NCBI GenBank assembly: GCA_012295275.1
Contig: CM022677.1
Location: forward strand, 1,054,001-1,118,000
DNA from: Chrysomallon squamiferum
Taxonomy: Eukaryota > Animalia > Mollusca
DNA: 64,000 nt
Reading direction: 5' to 3'
The translations under genes were made by a program, and so were the position numbers. The notes beneath the pieces were generated by a model, which saw only the letters and a list, made by a program, of their open reading frames with translations, made no database searches and was not told where the DNA came from. Shown here piece after piece: positions 52,211 to 64,000 of this stretch. Position 1 is the stretch's first letter, and the number at the start of each line of letters is the position of its first letter.

Positions 52211-54652
52211 TTATTATTATTATTATTATTATTAATATTAATTTTTTTTATTTATTTATTTATTATTATTATTATTTTGGTGGGTTTTTAATGCTGAATT
52301 TTAATTACATTGCTAAAGGAGATAGTTGTGTGATATTTACAAATGCTGGAAAGAAACGTGTTTTACGTTGAGATTTTAAAAAACGTATTCATCGTGGTGA
52401 TCACTCTAACTTCAGGTTTTCTTACTGCCTTTCACAAAATATCGTTGTGAAGCTGACAGATTTTACCAAATAAGTTAACAGACGGATACGACTTGTTACC
52501 ATGGACGTGTCAAAGTGGTGTCAGGTTTTTAACAGTTACAACTGACAGCTCTGAAGCTAGCGTCATAGAGAATTTAATTTTTTTCAGAGTTTCTTATTTT
52601 CAAATTACATTGATAAAATAGATATAAATTCACTTTTGTGCTTAAATGAACAAATAAATGACATATGTTAAAAATCAAAGTAATATACTTCTGATAAACA
52701 CATTAAGTAATAGTGATTATTCTAAATATTTATTTTGAAATTCAGGTTTGTTCATCACAAAGACATTGAAAAATATCTTTAAAGAAAAAATATAGATAAA
52801 AAGAAAGAAAGAAAGAGAAAGAAAGAAAGAAAAAAGAAAAACAAAAATTGGAAATCTTTTAACAACTTTCATTCAATCGAATTTGGACAATATGAACAGT
52901 TTATTAATTCACTGTCAATAGGATCATAACTTTCAAATATATATATATATATATGTATTATTTATTTATCTATTTATTTATTATATTAACTGTATTCTTT
53001 GAAATATAATAATTTTGTGAAAACAATATGAAGTCTTAGACGAATCTCCGTCATCGTCCTTCGATTTTTCTCTCCATAAAGAAATTCAGATATCTATTTT
53101 TCTTTTCTTATTCTTGTTCTTTTTCTCTCTTAATATTAATTTTTTGATTAAGCGAATTTAAATAAATATGAATTTTAACGGGTTTTGGGTTTTTTTTTTT
53201 TTAAATTGATAAGCTGTACTTTCCAAATTTTATTACTGGTTGGTTTTCTGATAAAGTAACGCACATTTCTGTCTGACCGTCGTTCACCACTGTATACGAC
53301 TGACAGAATGGAAAAAAGAAGAAAAAGAAAAGAAAAGAAAGGATACCAATGTTTATAAATGCACTGTGCAGAAAAATGGTATAACAGACGATAAACGTTA
53401 AATATTTTAAAAATACAGTTATAATATATTATGAAAATTAAATAATGTTGATGATGGTAATATATTATTAATAATAAAAAGAAGAAGAAAGAAAGAAAGT
53501 CAATGTAAATAAGGATATCAAAGAAAAATAAATTATTAGAATGACAATTTTGAAACTTTCCAGATTTTTTGGATCCTGTAAAGGACATTTTTTAACTTGA
53601 TGATGAAAAATAAAGTAAATAAATAAATTCTTTTTTGATTCGAAATTTCTTACAGTGCGTTTTCGACACATACTAATTTTTGATCATTGTAAGTTATTTA
53701 ATAATCCTCAGTAAATAGAAGTTAACCTTGATTGTAACAACTATGTAAAACTAAATATATTCTATCTTCAGTATCAGACAATATTCTCTCATAAAAAAAT
53801 ATTAAACTCAACGGAACGTTGATAAATAATTACTGTGTAATATAATGCAATAATAGTACACTGGTCACTGAGGATATTTTTAATACATCTTCACAAGACT
53901 CTGATACGCTCTAGATATTACAATCCCTGCAGTATTATAATGACAGAGAAGAACAGGCGTTTCAATAGTTACATTAATATTTTAAAATTTTTATCCTGGG
54001 ACGCAATTAAATGCTAATACAAATAAATGAACAAACTATAATTTTTCAAGGTTTCCGTTGATTTGTTTTTTTTTTTCACAATTATAATTCTGGCAAATAT
54101 TTTGATATTTAACTAATTGTAAGTATGTTTTAAAAAGTGTGGATGATATTCGAGTGCGCTTTCCCTGGACGACTTGCTGTAGAAACATTCTTTGTCTTCT
54201 GCTTTAATCTGTCGCGGTTTGGACAATAAAAGAAGATGAAAGAAGACGAGATTACGGTGATTACCTCTCGCTCGTTCTTACATGGAAGGAAGGGATGCGG
54301 GTTCTGCGAGGAATGCTAAAATCCACAATTACTTGTCATCTGACGCAGAAAAAACCCAGTCGTCCAATCAGGGCGCGTTATGCTGGCTGGCGCCATTCCG
54401 CGGAATTTTTCAGCACTCGCGGAAAGAGAATGAAGAAGAAAAAAAAAAAAAAAGTAAAATGAAAAATAGATCTGTACGATTGTACGTTTATACCATAAGG
54501 AATTATTTTTTTTTTTTTAAAAAGAATATATATTAAAAATGTAGTGTGTCAACTGTGTTTTCCATGCGCGACTAGAAACAGGGAAACAAAAAAATAAAAA
54601 AATACAGTCGTCTTCTGTTTTGAATTAGCTATGGTATGAACGTGAAATAAAT

Positions 54653-54692
<40 letters not shown>

Positions 54693-55007
54693 TTATTTCT
54701 ATCTATCTGTCTTATTTATTTATTTATTTATTTATTTATTGTTTTAATTGTTTATTATATCGTGTATGCACGTTATTTATTAATTCTTAATTTATATAAA
54801 TATTAAATTTATTATTTTATTAATCTTATTTATTTTACTGGATATTTTTATTCCTCCTCTGAAATTTGAAGTATAGTAAGTAAAATTAAAATGTGTGTGT
54901 TTCTGGTTTGCGGTAGATCGCTATTTACATACACACATATTTAATTATGTACTAATATAGCTAGCTATTAATATTCTAGTTTTCATTCGTTTCTTTTTTT
55001 TTTCATT

Positions 55008-55063
<56 letters not shown>

Positions 55064-55857
55064 ACCGTGCTTAGATACGACCGATAATATAAAATCGTGT
55101 CATCAAGTAACAATAAATAATAAAAAATAAATAAATAAATAAAATATAATAAATGAGTTAATAAGGAAAAGTGAAAAGAAAATCGAATGCCACATCATGC
55201 ACAAATATTCTGCTGGGAAAAAAACCCACATTTATGAAATGTACAAAGATCGAAGAAGACAAAACCAAAAAATTCATATGGGAAAATGTATTTATAAAAT
55301 TGTTAAATAATTAATGTTTTATATTAAGCGTGAGTTTAGCGAGATATTTTTCTTTAACATTTCTTTTAGATGGCCTCTTAGGTGTTATGAAAGAGAATGT
55401 GAATTGCCATGAAATTTCCCAGGAGGGCGCTTGTAATTGTATGTCTTCAATGTGGAGGGTAGCGAACCGTACGGAACAGTCGGGGGGGGGATCCAAATGA
55501 CAATATGCCACATAATACGTGTGAATACTGACATGGACAGCTCCGTTTAATGTGACGTAATAGTACATCGTTTGCTGCGGGACAGTGTTCGTAAAGAGAC
55601 GACATTCTGTTTGCTGCGAGACTGTTATTTCGTCAAGAGGAAACCTGCTGGTACGGTACAGGCACGGCAGGGTAACGGATAACCGTTAAAAAAAACCTTT
55701 TGTCTCCTAATTATCTTCTCTTGTACTTTAGCCTCAACGAAAGAGTGACATTGTTGGCAAAGGTCATTGTCAAATTTAATTATAATGTATTTATTAGACG
55801 ATTTTTTCTCTCTTTATATTGTTTTTTATTGTTTGTTAATTTTTATTATTATTATTA

Positions 55858-55913
<56 letters not shown>

Positions 55914-56673
55914 TCTGTTTTCATTATTTAAATTCTGCAGTCAAAAATAAAAATAAAATAATAAAAGGAACAGCAAATCCGTATTTTTTCCCTCCCCTTC
56001 TCTTCCTCAAATGGTGCACTTTTTCATTCTTTCTTTTTTTTTTTTTTTTTTTTTTTTTCTTTTTACTCATGAACGAAATATTTTATACAGAAAACATTTC
56101 CGCCATAATTTTAGCAAGAAAAGCCTTTTTAGCTGATCTGATAATCACAATAATTATTTCACCTTCGAAACTTGGTATTACACTGCTTTTAAAACATTCT
56201 GTTATCCTTTTCACTTATACAGTTAAAAACATGATATTTTCGTAACATTTATTTATTTGTTTTGTTTTTGTTTTATTTGTTATTGTCAAGTGATTTACAG
56301 TACAAATACCTGTAGTATTATTAAAAATGTGCACAACCATTAAGTTTTGCAATTTGGTTTTGTCATTACGATCTTTCATCCTGAAAATACACACACACAC
56401 ACACACACACAATCAAGAAACCCCAACAACAACAAAATCGTAAAAAACCAAAACAGAAGCAACAAACAAAAACAAAAAAATATATAATCACAAATGTATA
56501 TCCTGTTCAATTTATTCTCGATTTTTCTTCAAGTATTAGTAATTTTTATATTTATTTTTCACTTTATAAAGAGTAATTTTCATATTTATTTTAAATAGAG
56601 TAGCGATATATTCCTTATATTTTCTTGAATTAAGAAACTGGAGAGGCACAAAATAATAAAGTCAGACGAACGA

Positions 56674-56721
<48 letters not shown>

Positions 56722-56868
56722 TTTAATTCTGTTATTAATATTATAAAGTATATAGAAAATATTAGATGCTGTCCCAAGCATTAACTCAAGGATCATTTTC
56801 TTCTGTCGCTCATTATTTTGAACACAAATTTCACAAATTCAGTTTATATATGCGTGAATTTGTGTGTG

Positions 56869-56917
<49 letters not shown>

Positions 56918-57882
56918 TTTATGCGATGTAATTATATACATACATACATATGTATCATTTGTAATACTAACATTTCTTATAGTTAGAATTTTGTATCACG
57001 TACGTATTTTATTTATATTGTAGTTTCTGAACTACAATTAACTTCGTTCCTCTGATCTTCACTGTAAAGCAGAGTCAAACTGTTTGATTTTTATTTAATT
57101 TGCGATGACAAGGCAGATACTTCATTTAGAGTAAATATACATGTTACTGTGCTCGTAACGTTACGCAATGGTTACACAAACTGGCCGAAGTGACGCACTC
57201 CACCTTGCATAAGCAATCGGAACTTAATTGTATACAGTGGCTATATTGACGTGTATAAACGAAACACATTGCCTCCCTTTTCATACGTCTTCTTACAATA
57301 ATATCATTTCTTATCTTATCTGGCAACATGTTCACGCATGTCGAGAGATAACACGGGACAAGGGTGATTAAACGCTTCTACCTAGTCGTAGAAAATCACT
57401 CGCACATTTTAATTTCAGATTATCTAATTCAGTTATAAGCGCCGTTGATAAGTTCAGGATGAAATCGAGATTGTAATAGATAAGAATTTTGTTTTACCAG
57501 TGGCACATCTTCGCGAAGCGCGCTCCAAATTGGGAGATAACCCTATAGGTGGCGCGTTCGGTTAAAAATGCTCCTACAAATCAAAGATGGCTTGAACTAC
57601 TAACAAGACACGAAAAGATAAAAGAGACAGGTTAAGTAAATGGAAGCATAGCCGCGAAAACATGAACATATATTAACTTGGTTTATGGTTGCCGTTTCGC
57701 GTCTCACAAGGAATGATCTGAAAAATTAAAATTATGTTTCTAGTTCATTTTTTTAGGTATCGTGTGATGATAAATATACATGTAAATATTTTTATTTTAG
57801 TTGTCAGCAAAAATAACTATATAATAAATCGAATTTTATAGTCTAAAACTATCTTATTAAAATAATAATAATAATAATAATA

Positions 57883-57939
<57 letters not shown>

Positions 57940-58017
57940 GAAGTAAAGTAAAAGTGAAAAAGAGCACAAGAAAATTAGTTAAAAACGAATTTTTCTTTCT
58001 AAATTTATATTGCCGTC

Positions 58018-58061
<44 letters not shown>

Positions 58062-59022
58062 CTTTATGTGTCGTCTTGTTTGCACGTTCAATTGCCGGGT
58101 TCAGTGTTGAGAACCCGTGTCTAAAGGTTTTCATTTGTAATCCGCTATTGCCTCTTGAGAAGCGAATTCGTTTCCGATAAGCCTCTTGAAAAAAGCTTTG
58201 GTTATCTGAATTACATGTTAGGAGGTCTTCTTTGTGTCAGCGCATTTGTGTTTTATTATGTTAACCAATTTTCTACCGTGGAAAAGAAACAACAGAACTT
58301 GGACGACGAGAAAGAGTTTAGGATTTAAGAACAAAAACAAAATAACTCTGGAACATTAATTAATCGACGATTTTTACATGTCTATGATAATTAATTCCAT
58401 CAGTTACAACAAACATTTATATTTATTTATTCTTCTTTTTAAAACAAATTTATATATTTAAATATGCACTTTCGATTTTATTATTTATTATTATTTGTAG
58501 TCGTAGTAGTTTGATAGACTTAAAAATTTACTTATTTCTGCGCGACTTCTCTGCACATGATAACTATTAGTAAATTTTCATTTTTTTTTTTTTTTTAATT
58601 AAATAATAAGTTCACTAAAAATAAATAAATAACAAAAGCAAAAGATGCAAGCAGCAAGGCAATTTTACCTAGCAGCTTTCGACAGAAAGTTACGTTTTGA
58701 TGAAATAACCCATTTTAAACAGTGTCACATCTTAATTTACCTGTGTGTCATAGTTTATAAGGAAGACTAATTGTTTTATTTATGATTATTATTATTATTT
58801 TTTTTTTTCTTTGGCATTTATTTATCCAATATTCGGTAACAGAGAATGAATTTTACAGTACAGCAGGAAAACATATTCCAGTGGTTTGTTAGAAGCAAGC
58901 TAACATTTAAATGTTTTCATGCAAGAAAAAATAAAATCAAAATAAATAAAAAGCAGACTCCATTTGTGATTTACATTAAACGATCTTTTAAAATGTAAGC
59001 ACATATAATAATGTAAACAATT

Positions 59023-59024
<2 letters not shown>

Positions 59025-59112
<88 letters not shown>
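59025..59112. repeat. Perfect (AG)n microsatellite
   Basis: Direct inspection. Confidence 0.95.
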
Positions 59113-59118
<6 letters not shown>

Positions 59119-60274
59119 TAGTTTTATTCTTTCTAAAAAAAAAATTTTTCCGTGAGAGAGAGATTAATAAAAAGTAAAAATAACAAGCGAAATAATAACG
59201 ACAGTCTCGGACCCAGGGTGGTCTGTCCTGTTTTGTCGTCCAACCGTCTTTGGTTATTTACTTTAATGAATATTTATACGAAATAGAGTAGTGATTCAAA
59301 CACCTGCAATTTTACTAAATGAAAAGCAAAACATCACAAATTTCACTACTAAGCCACACCTGGAAATTAAGTGAAATAGGCGAGGCCTTCGTTGGGTTTA
59401 TTATTTAATATTAATGCGATTATTTGTCGTGTTGAAAATGTTAAATCTGCAAACAGAACGCGCGTCGTTCTCTGTACGAAACAACAATAACCTAAACAAT
59501 TCGCTGGCGTGCGGAAATGATTATTTACCCAAACAACCCGCCTGTATTTATGATAGGAAAAGAGGAGAAAATTCGTTTTTGATAGCTTTTATTTTATTTT
59601 TTTTTTTTCTTCCCAACGGGACCTTATAGACAGTGATTCTTGTCAAGCAACGTACGCTTTATATCAAAGCCCGGTTTTATTCCCTCGACAAATATTTATA
59701 TATTTGTATAAATTTGATTAAATCTTTGTGGGCTTGATACGCCGTCTTAGCTTGGAATGTTGCCTTTAAGTTGGCCAATATCACACTTGAAATGCGGCCG
59801 TACTTTGATCATATTGTTTAACACTTTGGTGTCTTTTCGCGACTACATGACTTTAACGAAAACAGGACAAGTCTGTTTACATTTGTTTGATACTCCCATT
59901 CGCTATTTTTAACCGTTTCACTATTTAATTTGCACCTTGATGGAATGTTATAAACCATGATTCAAGTCTTTTTTCATAAAGTAGATTACAATGTACCATC
60001 GTTTCTTTTTATTTGTTCGCTGGATTTTGAGGGCGCAAATTTCAATAAATTTGAAACTTCGCTTCTAAAGTAAACTATTTCGTTTGTGTGCCTCAAGTTT
60101 TCAGATCGATTTAATATATAATTTATTAAATTATCACATTTTATAAATCACATTAAACATAATAATAATAAATATATATATATATATAAAAATGAAAGGA
60201 TTTATAAAACTAGATGAAATATTATGAATTGCTCGATATTAGAGGCCTAATAAAACTTTAAGAAACATTATTCC

Positions 60275-60323
<49 letters not shown>

Positions 60324-60543
60324 CAACAACAACAACAACAATAATAAGAACAATAACAATACTAACAACAACAACTGTTATGAACAATTTTAATTAATTA
60401 ATTGTAAATATATAATAAAATGCTATTTAGATTATTTTCAAAATATATAATGTCTGTTTCTTATTTTTATTTATGTATTTCATATATGTACAAAGATTGT
60501 CAGTTATTTAGGGTTGCTTGGTTCCACTAAACTTTGCTTTCAA

Positions 60544-60584
<41 letters not shown>

Positions 60585-61339
60585 AAAGTACTGTATAAAA
60601 TAAATAATTGTATTATTACTATTATTTTCAATTTATCATTATTATTATTATTTGCATATAATAAATTGCAGTCATTTTTAGAATTAATGACCCACGATTT
60701 ATAATTGATCAATAAAAATTAAAAATTGGTATTTTTTCAGGGGCAGTCCCAAGAATTTAAAAAGGTGGGTTGAAATCAAGACTTCAAGAATAGTGTAAGA
60801 TTTCAAAAAGATGTGAATTGGTTACTTCATCAGCTGGATTCAATGATCAATGGATGAAAATTGTTTCTCAGCCCAATGGTTTCTGTATTCCGTGCCAGTC
60901 CAATGGGCACTTACTAAAATTATATGTTTTGAAACTTAAGATAAAAACTATATAGTGAGACCTCAGATAGCACTGATTATTTGATAAAGATTACAATTTC
61001 GAGTTAAAAGTTTATATCATCTTAATCTGAAGAAATCTTTCAAAATGGTCGTTTATTTGAATCTAATTTAGAATGAAATAGTTACGTTTGTCGATATTTC
61101 CAACTGAATAGTAGTACACAGAAACGTTTTTGAGGTAAAGTTTTATTTATTTATTCATTTATTCATTTATTCATTATTTAAGCAATTACATAATAATATA
61201 TTAAAGTGAACTTCTGTCGGTAAGAATATATGGCGTATTATTCATCTTTAAACTTTCAAGTTATTATTTTATTATTTTGGACAAATTATCATCATCATAA
61301 CAAAGGAGGACAATAAAATAATACAGTTCATAAAGCATT

Positions 61340-61450
61340 TAACACCGCCATTTCGTCCCTCCCTAACTTCGTTTCTGACGTCATCGCCATCGCAGAAAAT
61401 AGAGCTGAATGGTTCGAAAAATGGCGGGACTGAAATATTTTAAATTTGTA
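61340..61450 (+). promoter_or_regulatory. Putative internal (alternative) promoter in ARID3 intron 2
   Basis: Outward-facing YY1-type motifs (CCGCCATTT 61345-53; AAAATGGCGG ~61418-27) flank a perfect CRE TGACGTCA (61376-83). It lies where CpG density collapses. Confidence 0.5.
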
Positions 61451-61938
61451 ATATTTGATTTAGTTATCAAAACTGAATAAATAAATAAAACATAATTTTC
61501 AAGAATATGGAATATATGCTGACCGTTTCTTTGTGTGACCGAAGGTATATTTACGAAGTTATGCTGAATTAAATGTCAAAATGTCTTATTTTTCGACAGA
61601 TTTGTTTAGCAGGTATTTTTCAGTGTTTTCTTCAGTAATTTAAACAAAAGTTTACTGGAACCATAGCATATAGTTGGATATCTATTTTCAAACTGTTTGA
61701 TTAATTTTAGTTTTAAAGGAGACATAGTTTAATGCCACCGACACTAAAAGCATAGGTTAGGATCATAAAATATAAACAATTATTGTTCTTGTTCTAATAA
61801 TTTATCTTTCTCTGTCATCTAAATATTAGTATATTGAACTAATATGAAACCCTGTGCCAAAGACACTGGTTGTTTTTTAGTGATGTATTTATCTTGTTTT
61901 TTTAAAACAAAAGATAACATTATTTTTTGGTTTTACAG

Positions 61939-62011
61939 TTGTATGAGCTCAGTGAGGACCCAAAGAGGAAAGAATTTCTTGATGATCTCTTTGCCTATAT
62001 GCAGAAACGAG
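61939..62011 (+). CDS. ARID3: ARID3/dead ringer exon 3 (start of ARID domain); gene continues beyond the window
   Basis: ttttacag|LYELSEDPKRKEFLDDLFAYMQKRG|gtgagt. It continues directly from EEQFKQ and matches ARID3A LYELDGDPKRKEFLDDLFSFMQKRG. Confidence 0.96.
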
Positions 62012-63352
62012 GTGAGTGACTAAACCAACAGTTAATATTTAGAAAATTTTACAGTTTTTATTATCCTTAGCTCTTACAAGTTTCTTATTGTTGATGTTAT
62101 TTTTTGAAAAACTTAAAATAACATTTTGTCCAGTGGAGATATTTTAAATTATGTGACAGTATGGAAACCAAATTTGAAAAGAAACCAGAAGTATCTTTTC
62201 AGAAAGGCCAGAAGAAGCATCTGAATCATTTGTAATTGATACACAGTGACCATACATATACTATTGCCATTTGAAGTACATATTTACATATCAGTATATT
62301 TTTTTCTTCTCCTTTTTCTTCATCTTTTTTTTTTTTTTTTTTTTAAATTAATATTTTAATGTATTATATATTCAGTTAATTGATTTTTAAAAAATACTTT
62401 TTTTAAAAGTTTTAGTATTTGGACAGTTTTTATTTTGGATTGTGAAAGTTTATTAATCAAATTAACTTTGATGATATAATATCAAGAGGTATCATTTGTG
62501 TGTGTGTGTGTCAAACATTGATTGGTGATAGTGATCTGTCTCAAAGCCATGCTTGTGTCTCAAACTCACATTATTGTCTGAGAAAACTGACTCTAATTTT
62601 TTTGCACCAGGTGGATGTGATTGTCCACCCTGCCATTAAGCCAACAATTAGAGTGCTTGGTTTCATACTCACTGACTCACTCTGCAGTGTAGCTGCTATT
62701 GTCACCAATCACACTATCATTATTCTCTGTGTGATTGTGTAGCAACATTTTTAGCTATTTCACTGCCACAGCTCTGCTGCCAAGAACCAGCTCAGATTTA
62801 AAAGCATTATTTTGTTGTTATTGTTTAACCATATTTCACAATGTTAGCAGTTACACTCAATGTGAAGATAGTATTGTTTTCTTCATCATTATTTGAGCCA
62901 TATTATTTTCTGTGTGATTATTTACTCTCATTTATTAACCATTAGACTATCATGTTTCAGACTGTATAAATATTATTAGCTATATTAATGTTTTTTGTAA
63001 TGACATCTCAGCATATTTTTGCTAGATGTTACGTGATTTAGTGTTGAGGCAGTCACACACTGTCTGTGTTGTAACTGGAGGTGGAATCACTGTGTAGAAA
63101 CAACTCAGTGACCTGTTAGCTTGATGAGTGAATGCCACACAGAACTCGCACACTAAGAATAGCATTCTGTCACAGATCAAACAACTTCACCATGCATAAT
63201 TTTTTTATTATTATCTTTTTAACTCTAAATTTGAAAGTAAGCTGGGATTTAAAAAAATTTGAATAAGTAAAATTTTGCCTGAATGATAAATTTCATTGAG
63301 TAGAATAAAATAAAATAAACCTTTTTTTCTTCTTAAGATAATCCTGAATGTG

Positions 63353-63392
<40 letters not shown>

Positions 63393-63525
63393 CTGGAAAA
63401 CTTACACAGAACAACCATCACAAATTTGGAAAACAAAAACACATTTTTATTAAATAATAAAATAATAGAGTATTAAATAAAAGCAATAATTAAAAATTTA
63501 GAAATATTAAAGAAAAAAGAACTTT

Positions 63526-63577
<52 letters not shown>

Positions 63578-64000
63578 AATTGTAAAATATGAATTACTTA
63601 TTAGGCTTAATTGATATGGATATTGCTTTTAATAATAAACTTGGTATTATTTAATTTCTGTGTTAGAATAACCTTTTTTGTTTTGTTTATCTGAAATTTT
63701 TTGTTTTTTGATGTTTGTTGTTTTTGTTTCCAGAATGCTCTCACAGGTTTTGTTTAAAAGCTTTACATTAAACCATGTGACTATTTAACATGTCATTGGT
63801 GTTCTTTTAATACTATCATTGTAATCAGCTGTAACCACATTGTAACCACACTTTTTGTCTTTAATACCAAATGTGGTGTTGTTTACAAAACCACTGGTGT
63901 AAACCACTGGTTTATATGTAGCATTTCTCTATTACGATGTAATCTCATTCATTCTCAATACCTAAATTTGAAGTAATCTTTCTGCATTAGAAACTAAACA

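Noticed and set aside
58196-58208. CTTTGGTTATCT resembling miR-9
   Set aside because: Only 12 nt match and there is no hairpin partner.

Overview
AT-rich, microsatellite-rich animal genomic DNA. It looks like an invertebrate, probably lophotrochozoan/mollusc-like, but the species cannot be fixed from sequence alone. Three spliced genes were reconstructed by hand with phase-consistent GT-AG junctions: (1) the last three coding exons of the peroxisomal NADH pyrophosphatase NUDT12 (+, ending TSNL* at 1858); (2) a complete 13-exon UTP15 (-, 39059..3458, 1536 nt CDS, 511 aa) with a 16.8-kb intron 6; (3) the first three exons of an ARID3/dead ringer transcription factor (+, from 39426), head-to-head with UTP15 across a 366-bp gap and with a 21-kb intron 2. 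There is one internally deleted Tigger/pogo DNA transposon (6557..7308). The main oddities are these. Minisatellites are nucleated exactly at functional exon edges: one copies the NUDT12 PTS1+stop about 14 times with SNL/SKL variants, and one copies a UTP15 3' splice site about 19 times, the typical copy leading to an in-frame stop. The window has a three-part CpG landscape (poor/rich/poor) whose second boundary sits on a hidden promoter-like element at about 61.4 kb, which could supply a short in-frame alternative first exon for ARID3. The overall layout resembles a bystander-gene regulatory block. Almost all entries in the supplied ORF track are repeat artefacts.
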